Below are positions 27,761 through 37,906 of a DNA stretch of 64,000 nucleotides, one piece after another. Every line of letters begins with the position of its first letter. Position 1 is the first letter of the stretch. Source of the stretch: Alistipes sp. GTDB taxonomy: Bacteria > Bacteroidota > Bacteroidia > Bacteroidales > Rikenellaceae. Below the pieces are notes generated by a model. That model did not search any database and was not told the DNA's origin. It saw only the letters and a program-made list of their open reading frames with translations. Location: positions 7,019-71,018 of the forward strand of contig JAZUMN010000084.1 of the NCBI GenBank assembly GCA_045603645.1, written 5' to 3'. Both the position numbers and the translations under genes were made by a program.

Positions 27761-28936
27761 ATGAAACATGTAGTCAGGTTATTGCTGATAATATCTTTTA
27801 TGCTCTGTGTGAGGGTCGCTGCTTTTGCTCAAAATGCAAGGGCGGGAGTGGGTGTGATAGTTATTGACGCAGGTCACGGAGGGGCCTTCCCCGGGGCGGT
27901 GTATGGCAAGGTCAAGGAGAAGGATTTGAATCTTGCCGTGGCTCTTAAATTGGGCGCTTTAATCGAGAAGGAACTGCCTGGTGTAAAGGTTGTTTACACC
28001 CGCAAGACCGACATAGCATTGGGCAAGACGCTGAATGAAGATTTGACAGCTCGCGCCAATATAGCCAACCGTGCCAAGGGCGATTTCTTTATCTCGATAC
28101 ACGCCAACGCAGCAAAATCTACGTCGGTTTATGGCGCGGAGACGATAATTATGGGCGAGAGCGAGAAGGAGACCCGCTACAACGAGAGTGCGCTGTATAA
28201 CAACAACAAGGATGAACTCATCGATATGTCGGATGAGAATACGGCGGCTATGGTCAGGGCGTACATTCAGAATCTGCAATTCACCTATGGTGAGTATAGC
28301 GAGATGATGGCGCGCCTAATGCAATCACACTACGCCAAGGGTGGTCGCAATGCCCGCAGGGTGAATCGTCAGCTGTTGAAGGTGTTGTATGCTACCGATA
28401 TGCCGAGTGTCTTGACCGAGATAGGTTTTATGACCAACCCCAGGGAGTTGGCGTATATGAATTCCGAGAAGGGTCAGCGTGAACTTGCCCGGATGTTGTG
28501 CAACGCCGTCAAGGAGTATGTGGCGCATATAAATAAACTCTCGGCAAATACAGAGGTGGCGGGACCTCAAAATGATGTCTCCACAATATCAAAACCTCAA
28601 CCCAAGCCTGCGGTGAGTGCAGAAAAGAGCAAGCCTGCGACAAATGTTGAGAAGCCAAAATCTGCTCCTGCCCCAAAGGCCTCTGTTGAGAGTGTCGCCG
28701 AGGGTTATACCATTCAGGTGCTGGCATCGGATAAGAGGGTCAAGGGTGACGACAGCCAATTCAAGAGTTATCGCGGAAAGATAAAGTGCTATGAGGGCAG
28801 CGGAGTCTTGAAGTACAAATATTGTTACGGCAAGTTCTCCTCGCAAGCCGAGGCACAGCGTCAGGTTGCGACGTTGAGGTCTACGTTTAAGGGCGCTTTT
28901 GTGGTGCGCTTCAAGGGCGACAGAATTGTGAAATAA
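27761..28936 (+). CDS. N-acetylmuramoyl-L-alanine amidase (Amidase_3 plus SPOR-like C-terminus)
   Basis: 'IDAGHGG', 'EKDLNL', 'FISIHANA', 'PSVLTEIGF', C-terminal 'YTIQV...FKGAFVV'. Confidence 0.95.
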   Translation: MKHVVRLLLIISFMLCVRVAAFAQNARAGVGVIVIDAGHGGAFPGAVYGKVKEKDLNLAVALKLGALIEKELPGVKVVYTRKTDIALGKTLNEDLTARANIANRAKGDFFISIHANAAKSTSVYGAETIIMGESEKETRYNESALYNNNKDELIDMSDENTAAMVRAYIQNLQFTYGEYSEMMARLMQSHYAKGGRNARRVNRQLLKVLYATDMPSVLTEIGFMTNPRELAYMNSEKGQRELARMLCNAVKEYVAHINKLSANTEVAGPQNDVSTISKPQPKPAVSAEKSKPATNVEKPKSAPAPKASVESVAEGYTIQVLASDKRVKGDDSQFKSYRGKIKCYEGSGVLKYKYCYGKFSSQAEAQRQVATLRSTFKGAFVVRFKGDRIVK

Positions 28937-28954
28937 AAGTAAAAAGTTAATGAT

Positions 28955-29989
28955 ATGAAAAGAGAAATTAAAGTTGGTCTGTTTACTGTTTTGATGCTCC
29001 TCATAGGCTGGGGCGTCATCAAGTATCTCAAAGGCATAGATGTATTCAGCACAAGCAATACCTACTACGCCTATTACGACCAGGTGGGCGGTATTCAGCC
29101 CGCATCGGCTGTTATGATTTACGGAGTTAAGGTGGGCTCTGTTGCAAATGTAACCCTTAACGAAGACCCTGCGAAGGGTGTTGAGGTAGAGTTGCTTGTC
29201 GATGAGCGATACAGGATTCCCGCAGACTCAAAAGCCAAGATTTTCAGCGATGGACTTATGGGTGGCAAGGCTGTGGAGATAGTCTATGGCACATCGTCAG
29301 AGATTATCCCCGATGAGGGTCAAATTCAGACTGTTAAGTCGGTTGACCTGATGGAGTTGGCAGGCTCCGAGATGGAGGGATTGTTGGAGAAGATTACGGT
29401 TATAATGGATAACCTCACCACCACACTGGAAAGTGTCAATTCACTTGTTGCGCAGAATAGCGAGAATATAACCAGCATAGTGTCAAATGTCGATGGCATT
29501 ACGGGCAACGCCAATGCTATGCTTGCCAAGGAGCGTGCGCATTTGGAGGAGGCTCTCTCGTCGCTCAGCAAGTTTGCCAAGGGTTTGGGTGAGAATACCG
29601 AGCAGATAGACTCTATCGTCGGCAACCTGAACACCTTCTCTGCTCAGCTGGCGCAGTCGAATCTTGTTGCCGAGGTTGAGGGTGCAGTCGCAAAGCTGAA
29701 TGCCGTGCTGGCATCGGTTAAGGACAAGGAGGGCAGTGTTGGTAAGCTTCTCTCAGATGATGAGTTATATAATAACCTTACCGCCGCAAGCGAGAATCTG
29801 TCGGCTCTGCTGTCGGACTTGAAGGAGAATCCTTCGCGTTACATCAACGTAACGGTCTTTGGCAGCAACCCTCAGAAGAAGGTTGAGAAGGCTAAGGCCA
29901 AGGCCGAGAAGCATGCCATAAAGCGCGCTGACGAGTTGGCAGAGGCAGAGGCTAAGGCTAAGAAGAAGGCATTGGAGAATGCTCAGTAA
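28955..29989 (+). CDS. MCE/MlaD family protein
   Basis: N-terminal TM, 'GVKVGSV', 'GLMGGK', helical tail 'GKLLSDDELYNNL...NPSRY'. Confidence 0.92.
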   Translation: MKREIKVGLFTVLMLLIGWGVIKYLKGIDVFSTSNTYYAYYDQVGGIQPASAVMIYGVKVGSVANVTLNEDPAKGVEVELLVDERYRIPADSKAKIFSDGLMGGKAVEIVYGTSSEIIPDEGQIQTVKSVDLMELAGSEMEGLLEKITVIMDNLTTTLESVNSLVAQNSENITSIVSNVDGITGNANAMLAKERAHLEEALSSLSKFAKGLGENTEQIDSIVGNLNTFSAQLAQSNLVAEVEGAVAKLNAVLASVKDKEGSVGKLLSDDELYNNLTAASENLSALLSDLKENPSRYINVTVFGSNPQKKVEKAKAKAEKHAIKRADELAEAEAKAKKKALENAQ

Positions 29990-29999
29990 CAAAAACGAG

Positions 30000-32492
30000 A
30001 TGATTTACCCCGCAAATTTTGAACAAAAGATAGGCTTTGACCGCTTGCGCGAGCAGGTGGTCTCGCTGTGTAGTACACAAGCTGCGCGGGCAATTATCCT
30101 CTCCGAAGGTTTCTGCTCTTCACGCAGCGAGATAGAACGTCGTCAGGGTGTTGCCGACGAGATGCGTGTGTTGCTTATGCTCGAACCCAATGCTCCGCAC
30201 GATGAGTATCCCGACGTTGAGAGTATCATCTCAAAGATTGGTGTCGAGGGGACTTTCCTTTCCACCGAGGAGGTTGTCGTTCTGCGTCAGGCACTGACCG
30301 CCGTAGGTAATATGGTGGGCTTTATTATGAGCCGCAGCGACGAGCAGTATCCTCGCTTGCGTGAGCGCAGTTCTACGGTCTGTGTCTTTCCGGATATTAT
30401 ACGCCGCATAAATCAACTCGTTGATGACGAGGGTAATATTCGTGACGGTGCATCATACGACCTTTTGGCCATACGCCGCTCTATTCGCGAGCACGAGGGT
30501 CAGGTGTCAAAACGCTTGCAGCAGGTCTTGGGCAATGCCAAGCGTGCAGGCATTGTCGATGCCGATGCTATGGTATCTATCCGTGATGGCCGAGCCGTCA
30601 TTCCTGTCTCGGCGGCAAACAAACGCAAGCTCAACGGCTTTATCCACGACGAGTCAGCGACGGGTCGCACGTTTTACATCGAGCCCGTTGAGGTTGTGGA
30701 ACTTAACAACCAACTCAAAGAGTTGGAGTATGCCGAGCGCAGGGAGATTTGGCGCCTGCTCTCCGAGTTTACCGAGGAGTTGGGCCCCGATGCCGAGTCT
30801 ATTGCCTCGATTGCCGAGTACCTTGCTTTTATAGATGCCGTTGCGGCTAAGGCGCGCTGGGCTATTGAGAATGGCGCGGGTAAGCCTATCGTCTCGGATG
30901 ACGACCGTATGGTGTTGCGCCGTGCTGTGCATCCACTGCTTGCGCAGACTCTCCGCCGCGAGAAGAAGGATGTTGTTCCGCTCGATATGCAGCTCGATAA
31001 GGAGAAACATATCCTGGTCATCTCAGGTCCCAATGCCGGCGGTAAGTCGGTATGCTTAAAGACTACGGGCATTGTGCAGTATATGTTCCAGTGCGGCTTC
31101 CCCGTCACGGCGGGCGAGATGAGCGAGCTGCCCATTTTTGAGAGCATCTGCATAGATATAGGCGATGAGCAGTCAATGGATAACGACCTCTCGACATATT
31201 CGTCACACTTGCTTAATATGAAGAATATGTTGCAGGCGGCATCACCACGGACACTTGTCCTTATCGATGAGTTCGGGTCGGGTACCGAGCCCGTCATTGG
31301 AGGGGCCATTGCTGAGGCAATACTTGAACGACTGCTCGAAAAGGGTTGCTACGGAGTTATTACAACCCACTACTCCAACATTAAATACTACGCCACGGGA
31401 GCCGAGGGTGTAGCCAACGGAGCAATGATGTTCGATGTGCAGAATATATGCCCGCTGTTTAAGTTGGAGCAGGGTAAGCCCGGCAGTTCGTTTGCCATTG
31501 AGATAGCCCGCAAGATAGGACTTCCAGAGGATATCATCCGCACGGCGAGTGACAAGGCGGGCAGTGACCATATAAACTTGGAGCGTCAGCTGCGTGAGAT
31601 TGCACGTGACCGCCGTTATTGGTCGCAGAAGCGCGACCGCATACGCCAGACCGACCGCAAGGTAGAGGAGTTGGAGTCAAGTTACGAGCAGCAACTCGCG
31701 CGTATCAAGGAGGAGCGTCGTGAGATTATCTCCAAGGCTAAGGAGGAGGCTCAGCGTATGATTGCCGATGCCAACCGCCAGATTGAAAATACCATCCGCA
31801 CCATCAAGGAGGCGCAGGCTGAGAAGGAGCTTACGCGCCTGGCACGCCGTGTGCTGGATGAGTTCAAGACCTCGGTCGAGCAGAGCTCTTCGTCGTTCGA
31901 CAGTGAGCAGGTGGGCCGCGAGATGGAGCGCCTCAGGCGTCGTAAGCAGCGCCGTGAGGAGAATAAGCAGCGTCAGGGTGCGGCAGCTCCCAAGGTGGAG
32001 GTTGCTCAACCTGCACCCAAGCCTGTCGAGGTGGGCTCGAAGGTTAAGATTGAGGGTCAGCAGGTGCTGGGCGTTGTGCAGAGCATAAAGGGCGGCAAGG
32101 CGCAGGTGGCCTTCGGACAGATACTCACGATGGTCGAAAAGTCAAAGCTTATCGTGGTGTCAAATGCCGAGTATAAAAAGGCTGAGCGTCCTACGCAGGC
32201 GCGTACGGTGCTGTCGGTCGATATATCGTCACGCAAACTAAACTTCCGCGACAGTGTTGATGTCAGGGGTATGCGTGCCGTTGAGGCGTTGGAGGTTGTG
32301 CAGGATTTGGTCGATGATGCGTTGATGGTCGGCGTAGGAGGTGTTACCATCCTCCACGGCAAGGGTACGGGAGCCTTGCAGCAGGAGATACGTCGTTATC
32401 TGCGCACCATTCCCGAGGTGGAGTCCGCCAAGGATGAGCACGCCGACAGAGGAGGTGCCGGAATTACGGTTGTGAGGTTTAGACAGAGTTAG
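30000..32492 (+). CDS. mutS2: MutS2 endonuclease / ribosome collision sensor
   Basis: 'SGPNAGGKS', 'DIGDEQS', 'DEFGSGTEP', C-terminal Smr domain 'ILHGKGTGAL'. Confidence 0.96.
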   Translation: MIYPANFEQKIGFDRLREQVVSLCSTQAARAIILSEGFCSSRSEIERRQGVADEMRVLLMLEPNAPHDEYPDVESIISKIGVEGTFLSTEEVVVLRQALTAVGNMVGFIMSRSDEQYPRLRERSSTVCVFPDIIRRINQLVDDEGNIRDGASYDLLAIRRSIREHEGQVSKRLQQVLGNAKRAGIVDADAMVSIRDGRAVIPVSAANKRKLNGFIHDESATGRTFYIEPVEVVELNNQLKELEYAERREIWRLLSEFTEELGPDAESIASIAEYLAFIDAVAAKARWAIENGAGKPIVSDDDRMVLRRAVHPLLAQTLRREKKDVVPLDMQLDKEKHILVISGPNAGGKSVCLKTTGIVQYMFQCGFPVTAGEMSELPIFESICIDIGDEQSMDNDLSTYSSHLLNMKNMLQAASPRTLVLIDEFGSGTEPVIGGAIAEAILERLLEKGCYGVITTHYSNIKYYATGAEGVANGAMMFDVQNICPLFKLEQGKPGSSFAIEIARKIGLPEDIIRTASDKAGSDHINLERQLREIARDRRYWSQKRDRIRQTDRKVEELESSYEQQLARIKEERREIISKAKEEAQRMIADANRQIENTIRTIKEAQAEKELTRLARRVLDEFKTSVEQSSSSFDSEQVGREMERLRRRKQRREENKQRQGAAAPKVEVAQPAPKPVEVGSKVKIEGQQVLGVVQSIKGGKAQVAFGQILTMVEKSKLIVVSNAEYKKAERPTQARTVLSVDISSRKLNFRDSVDVRGMRAVEALEVVQDLVDDALMVGVGGVTILHGKGTGALQQEIRRYLRTIPEVESAKDEHADRGGAGITVVRFRQS

Positions 32493-32494
32493 TT

Positions 32495-34858
32495 ATGAAG
32501 TACAGATTGTCACAAATAGAGCGCCTGTGCAGGGGTAAGCACTATGGCGAGGATTTGGTGGTGAGCGATGTCGTTACCGACTCGCGCAGTTGCCTCTTTG
32601 GCGAGGGGGCTATGTTTGTTGCTATGTGTGGCAGGAACCATAACTCTCACGATTTTATCGCCGATATGTATAACTGCGGCGTAAGGGCTTTTCTGGTTGA
32701 GAGTGCCGAGCAGTTGCAAGAGAGGGAGGGCGTGGGCTATGTCGTTGTAGAGAACTCTTTGCACGCTTTGCAGCAGCTGGCTTCGGCTCACCGTCAGGTG
32801 TTTGGCGGTGTTGTTGTGGCTATCACGGGCTCCAATGGCAAGACAGTCGTTAAGGAGTGGGTTGCGCGCAGCCTGCCACAGGATGTCAAGTTCTTTGCTT
32901 CGCCAATGAGTTATAACTCGCAACTCGGTGTGGCGTTGTCGTTGTTGATGATTGAGGGCGACGAGAATGTCGCAATCATTGAGGCGGGTATCTCCGAGGT
33001 GGGTGAGATGGAACGCTTGGAGGAGATGATACGCCCCGATATAGTTGTTATAACTTCAATAGGCGATGCGCATCAGGCTAATTTTTCTTCATTGGAGGAG
33101 AAGATTTCAGAGAAGCTGACCCTTGCACGCCGCGCCAGGACACTCATCTACCATTCAGCCTATCAGGAATTGACAGCCGCTTTGGCTCGTTTGCAACCTG
33201 CCTGCTGCCTGGTGGATGCAGCTCAGTATGCTGTGCCGGAGATTCAGAGCAGCAATGCCATAACCATTGCCAATGCACAGGTGGTCAAGAGCTTGTGTCG
33301 TTGGTTGGGATACGACAATATAGTACTCTCCTCGGCTAACCTTGCTATGCGCTTGGAGGTTAAGGAGGGCGAGTATGGCTCAATGCTTATCAATGACTCC
33401 TATAACTCGGATATAAATTCGCTGGCGCTGGCATTGGATACGCTGCGCAGTGTGTCGCTGGGTAATGCAACCACAGCCATTGTGTCGGATATCTTGCAGA
33501 GCGGGATGCCCGACGAGGAACTTTATAGCCGTGTGGCTCAGCTTGTTAAGAATGCCCACGTCACCAAATTCATAGGTGTAGGCGAGGCTATTGCTCTGCA
33601 CGCAGACAAGTTCGCTGCGGGGAGTGAGTTTTACGAGGATACCGAGGCTCTTATGCGGGGCTTGAAGCAGGAGGATGTGGCAGGCAGAACGGTGCTGTTG
33701 AAGGGTAACCGCCGTCAGCATTTCGAGCGTATATGCCACCACTTGGAGCGCAAGAGTCATACAACGGTGTTGGAGGTAAACCTCGATGCTATGACCCACA
33801 ATGTGGGCTATTTCCGCCAATTCCTGCCGATGAACCATCGTCTGGTGGCTATGGTCAAGGCGTGCAGTTATGGTGCAGGCGATGTTGAGGTGGCTCAACT
33901 TATGCAGCGTCTGGGTGTAAATTATCTGGCTGTCGCCTTTGCCGACGAGGGTGTTGTTTTGCGCGAGAAGGGTATCACGATGCCTATTGTGGTGCTGAAT
34001 GCCGATGCCGGCAGCTTTGATAAGATGATAACTTACAGGCTTGAACCTGAGATATATAGCTTTCACTCGCTTGACGATTTTATGCGTAGTGTGGAGCGTT
34101 ATGGCGTGCACGCCTATCCTATCCACATAAAGCTGGATACGGGTATGCACCGTCTGGGCTTTGTCGAGGAGGAGTTGCCTGCACTCGTCGGGAGATTGAA
34201 GGTGCAAAAGGGCATAAGGGTAGCCTCTGTGTTTGCCCATCTGTCGTGTGCCGATGACAAGAGCCAGGATGACTTCACACGCCAGCAGATTAAGCGTTTT
34301 GATACTATGAGCCAGGCGATAGCAGAGGCTCTGCCATACGACATTATCCGCCACACAGCCAACTCGGCCGCCATAGAACGCTTCCCCGAGGCTCGGTTTG
34401 ATATGTGCCGTTTGGGTTTGGGCATATATGGCTATGGCTTCTGTCATAACGAGGAGTTGCAGCCTGTTGCTGCGCTTAAAACGCGCATCGTGCAGATTCG
34501 TGAGCGCAAGAGGGGCGAGGCTATCGGCTATGGCCGTAGTGAGGTGTTGCAGCGCGACAGCCTTATAGCCACCATCCCCGTAGGTTATGCCGACGGCCTG
34601 GACCGTCACCTGGGCGGAGGTCGCTGGTCGATGCTTGTTGCGGGGTGTGCAGCCCCCACCGTAGGCAGAATATGTATGGATAGTTGTATGATTGACGTCA
34701 CCGACATTGCAGGTGTGCAGGAGGGCGATCTGGTTAGTGTCTTTTCTTCTGTTGCGGGCAATACCGCCGAGGATATGGCGTGTGTGCTTGACACCATCCC
34801 TTACGAGATACTTACCTCAGTGTCGGCGCGTGTTAAAAGAGTATATGTAAGAGAGTAA
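32495..34858 (+). CDS. alr: Bifunctional MurF-like ligase / alanine racemase
   Basis: N-half 'ITGSNGKT', 'INDSYNSD'. C-half 'MVKACSYG', 'KLDTGMHRLG', 'GYADG', 'GRICMD'. Confidence 0.95.
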   Translation: MKYRLSQIERLCRGKHYGEDLVVSDVVTDSRSCLFGEGAMFVAMCGRNHNSHDFIADMYNCGVRAFLVESAEQLQEREGVGYVVVENSLHALQQLASAHRQVFGGVVVAITGSNGKTVVKEWVARSLPQDVKFFASPMSYNSQLGVALSLLMIEGDENVAIIEAGISEVGEMERLEEMIRPDIVVITSIGDAHQANFSSLEEKISEKLTLARRARTLIYHSAYQELTAALARLQPACCLVDAAQYAVPEIQSSNAITIANAQVVKSLCRWLGYDNIVLSSANLAMRLEVKEGEYGSMLINDSYNSDINSLALALDTLRSVSLGNATTAIVSDILQSGMPDEELYSRVAQLVKNAHVTKFIGVGEAIALHADKFAAGSEFYEDTEALMRGLKQEDVAGRTVLLKGNRRQHFERICHHLERKSHTTVLEVNLDAMTHNVGYFRQFLPMNHRLVAMVKACSYGAGDVEVAQLMQRLGVNYLAVAFADEGVVLREKGITMPIVVLNADAGSFDKMITYRLEPEIYSFHSLDDFMRSVERYGVHAYPIHIKLDTGMHRLGFVEEELPALVGRLKVQKGIRVASVFAHLSCADDKSQDDFTRQQIKRFDTMSQAIAEALPYDIIRHTANSAAIERFPEARFDMCRLGLGIYGYGFCHNEELQPVAALKTRIVQIRERKRGEAIGYGRSEVLQRDSLIATIPVGYADGLDRHLGGGRWSMLVAGCAAPTVGRICMDSCMIDVTDIAGVQEGDLVSVFSSVAGNTAEDMACVLDTIPYEILTSVSARVKRVYVRE

Positions 34859-35568
34859 TGGCAGGCATACTATATATGATTCCTTGTCCGATATCGGACT
34901 CTACCGAGATCTATGACGTTACACCTGCGGCCAATGGTCGCGTGATTGACGGCCTGGACTACTTCATTGTGGAGAACGTGCGTTCGGCGCGTCGTTTCCT
35001 CTCGAAGGCAAAGATTGCGCGACGAATCGAGGAGTTGGAGTTTGTCGAACTAAACGAACATACCGTTGCGGGCGTAGCCATTGAGCAGATGATTAGACCC
35101 ATCTTGGAGGGTCGCTCGGCGGGTGTTATCTCCGAGGCGGGTGTTCCAGGTGTTGCCGACCCCGGGGCGCTGGTCGTTGAGGCGTGTCATCGCAAGGGTA
35201 TAAGGGTAGTGCCGCTTGTTGGCCCTTCGTCAATACTGCTTGCTATGATGGCTTCGGGTCTGAATGGTCAGTCCTTTGCTTTTAATGGATATCTGCCCGT
35301 GAAGCCGCCCGAGAGAGCCAAGGCGTTAAGGCAGTTGGAGCGCAGGGTGCAGCAGGAGCATCAGTCGCAGATATTTATCGAGGCTCCTTACCGCAATGTA
35401 AAGCTTATGGAGCAGATGCTTCAAGTGTGTGGTGCGGAGTTGCGCCTTACGGTGGCGTGCGACATCACCTCGCCCGAGGAGTTTATCTCTACACGCACGA
35501 TAGCGCAGTGGCGCAAGGCGGGTGTGCCCGATATTGCCAAGCGCCCGACTATATTTATTATAGGGTAG
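34858..35568 (+). CDS. RsmI-like SAM-dependent methyltransferase (tetrapyrrole methylase family)
   Basis: 'ISEAGVPGVADPG', 'PLVGPSSI', 'FAFNGYLP', 'FIEAPYRN'. Confidence 0.9.
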   Translation: MAGILYMIPCPISDSTEIYDVTPAANGRVIDGLDYFIVENVRSARRFLSKAKIARRIEELEFVELNEHTVAGVAIEQMIRPILEGRSAGVISEAGVPGVADPGALVVEACHRKGIRVVPLVGPSSILLAMMASGLNGQSFAFNGYLPVKPPERAKALRQLERRVQQEHQSQIFIEAPYRNVKLMEQMLQVCGAELRLTVACDITSPEEFISTRTIAQWRKAGVPDIAKRPTIFIIG

Positions 35569-35623
35569 TGTTGGGCATATAATTTGCGATAATAATATAT
35601 AAGGATACGAAAAATATAAAGAT

Positions 35624-36244
35624 ATGACAACAGAAAAAACTAAGAATCAGGAGGTTAAGTCGGAAGAGGGATTTAATCAGGCCGATGGCTATCCATCGTG
35701 CGAAGGCACTCCGTGTGCCAATGTGGCAGAAGATGATGAGCAGACTACTGCCACAATGGCAGAGGGTGATGCCGAGCAGTCAGCCAAGGAGACTGCGCCA
35801 CAGGAGCCTTCACAGGAGGAGATTATAGCCGTTTGGCAAGATAAATATATGCGTTTGCAGGCGGAGTTCGACAACTACCGCAAGCGCACGTTGCGTGAGA
35901 AGATGGACCTGGTGGCGAGCGGTGGCTCAGATGTTATTAAGTCTATGCTCTCGGTGCTTGACGATATGTATCGTGCTGTGGCGGCGTCAGAGAAGAGTGA
36001 CGATATAGCTGCTTTGCGCGAGGGAGAGAAACTTGTGTTGCAGAAGTTCGAGGAGGCTCTGCGTCAGAAGAATGTAACCGAGATTGAGGCTCAGGACAAG
36101 GAGTTTGACCCCGACTTCCACGAGGCTGTGGCACGCTTTGCCGCAGGTGAGGATAAGAAGGGAAAGGTTATAGATGTCGTGCAGCGTGGTTATATGCTGG
36201 GCGAGAAGGTGTTGCGTTATGCAAAGGTTGTGGTTGGAGAGTAA
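35624..36244 (+). CDS. grpE: Nucleotide exchange factor GrpE
   Basis: 'RLQAEFDNYRKR', 'FDPDFHEAV', 'GYMLGEKVLRYAKVVV'. Confidence 0.97.
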   Translation: MTTEKTKNQEVKSEEGFNQADGYPSCEGTPCANVAEDDEQTTATMAEGDAEQSAKETAPQEPSQEEIIAVWQDKYMRLQAEFDNYRKRTLREKMDLVASGGSDVIKSMLSVLDDMYRAVAASEKSDDIAALREGEKLVLQKFEEALRQKNVTEIEAQDKEFDPDFHEAVARFAAGEDKKGKVIDVVQRGYMLGEKVLRYAKVVVGE

Positions 36245-36261
36245 CCTAAATCGAAAAGACG

Positions 36262-37416
36262 ATGGCAGAAAAAAGGGATTATTATGAGGTGTTAGGCGTT
36301 GAGAAGAACGCCAATGCCGACGAGATAAAGAAGGCGTACCGTAAGGCAGCCATAAAGTACCACCCCGACAAGAACCCCGGCGACAAGGAGGCCGAGGAGA
36401 AGTTCAAGGAGGCGGCTGAGGCCTACGATGTGTTGTCGAATGCCGACAAGCGTGCCCGTTATGACCAGTTTGGTCACGCGGGAATGAGTGGCGCAGCCGG
36501 TGGCGGAGGCTTTGGAGGCTTTGGCGGCGGCTTCTCAATGGAGGATATATTCTCGCAGTTTGGCGATATCTTTGGCGGCCACTTTGGCGGTTTCTCATCG
36601 CGTGGCGGTGGAGGAAGGCGTGTAAATCGTGGTAGCGATATTCGTGTCAAGGTCAAGCTTACGCTCGCCGAGATAGCCAATGGTACAACCAAGAAGTTGA
36701 AGATAAACAAGACGGTGGCGTGTGATAAGTGTGGTGGCACGGGAGCCAAGGACTCATCGTCATACACAACCTGCTCGACTTGTAATGGTGCGGGCTATGT
36801 CACGCGTGTTGAAAACACCTTCTTTGGTCGTATGCAGACGCAGGGCGTATGTCCTACTTGTAACGGCGAGGGCAAGGTCATCACGGCCAAGTGCGACAAG
36901 TGCTCGGGTGAGGGTGCCGTGCGTGGCGACGAGGTTGTCGAGATAAAGATTCCTGCCGGTGTAGGAGAGGGTATGGCCGTCACCGTGTCAGGCAAGGGTA
37001 ACGCAGCACGTCACGGTGGCGTGAATGGCGACTTGCTTGTGGTCATTGAGGAGGAGCATAACCCCGAATTGGTACGCGATGGCAACGACCTTATTCACAA
37101 CCTTAACCTGCCTGTCACGACCTGCATCTTAGGTGGCGAGGTTGAGGTGCCGACCATTGATGGCCGTGCCAAGATAAAGATTGCTGCGGGTACGCACGCC
37201 GGTAAGGTGCTGCGTCTGCGTGGCAAGGGTCTGCCCGATGTAAATGGCTACGGCAGAGGCGATATTTTGATTGTTGTGGATATCACTATTCCCGATACGC
37301 TCAATGCCGAGGAGCGTAAGTTGGTAGAAAAGCTTGCCGAGCAGCCTCACTTTAAGAGGGCCGAGAGTGTCGAGCGTCAAAATATCTTCGAGCGAATGAA
37401 AAACTTTTTTAGATAA
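36262..37416 (+). CDS. dnaJ: Chaperone DnaJ
   Basis: J-domain HPD motif, G/F-rich linker, four CxxCxGxG repeats. Confidence 0.99.
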   Translation: MAEKRDYYEVLGVEKNANADEIKKAYRKAAIKYHPDKNPGDKEAEEKFKEAAEAYDVLSNADKRARYDQFGHAGMSGAAGGGGFGGFGGGFSMEDIFSQFGDIFGGHFGGFSSRGGGGRRVNRGSDIRVKVKLTLAEIANGTTKKLKINKTVACDKCGGTGAKDSSSYTTCSTCNGAGYVTRVENTFFGRMQTQGVCPTCNGEGKVITAKCDKCSGEGAVRGDEVVEIKIPAGVGEGMAVTVSGKGNAARHGGVNGDLLVVIEEEHNPELVRDGNDLIHNLNLPVTTCILGGEVEVPTIDGRAKIKIAAGTHAGKVLRLRGKGLPDVNGYGRGDILIVVDITIPDTLNAEERKLVEKLAEQPHFKRAESVERQNIFERMKNFFR

Positions 37417-37431
37417 TTAAATCTTGCAGCG

Positions 37432-37884
37432 ATGGGATGGTTTTCGCCTTATAAGCGTCACGCAAACAGCTTTAACTACACGCCCCGATACTATGACCCC
37501 GCGAAGGAGGCACGTGAGCAGCGCCGCACTGAGCTTCGTGGTGAGCGCACGGAGGATAGTGGAGAATATACGCCAGGGAAGTATATCCGTGCCAAGCGTG
37601 AAGCTCGCGACCTGCGCCAGAAGCAGGAGGCAGAGAAGGGGCGCTCGGAGAAGCGTATGAGGCTGTGGACTATGTGTGTGGCGGTGATGCTGCTCGCTGC
37701 ACTGATATATATGCCCATACCACGTCTGGGTGCTATCTTCGAGATGGCAACCACCTCGTCAGCTCCTGCACAAAAGGCTTTTGAGCAACAAAGGCAGGAG
37801 GTTGAAGAATTTGACCCCTATGCACCACTTATAATCGTGCCCAACGACTACGAGGAGGGCGACGAGATAGAGATTATAGAGTAA
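37432..37884 (+). CDS. Conserved hypothetical single-pass membrane protein
   Basis: 'FNYTPRYYDP' N-terminus and one TM segment. In the operon between dnaJ and mutL. Confidence 0.7.
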   Translation: MGWFSPYKRHANSFNYTPRYYDPAKEAREQRRTELRGERTEDSGEYTPGKYIRAKREARDLRQKQEAEKGRSEKRMRLWTMCVAVMLLAALIYMPIPRLGAIFEMATTSSAPAQKAFEQQRQEVEEFDPYAPLIIVPNDYEEGDEIEIIE

Positions 37885-37906
37885 TAAGCTGCTCCCCAAA
37901 CCGAGT

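Noticed and set aside
33380-34609. 409-aa antisense ORF, and similar ones at 6790-7752, 51428-52417, 4798-5625 and 54931-55689
   Set aside because: Shadow frames opposite well-supported genes, with no recognisable motifs.
32495-34858. MurF-Alr fusion as a novelty
   Set aside because: A well-known Bacteroidota fusion.
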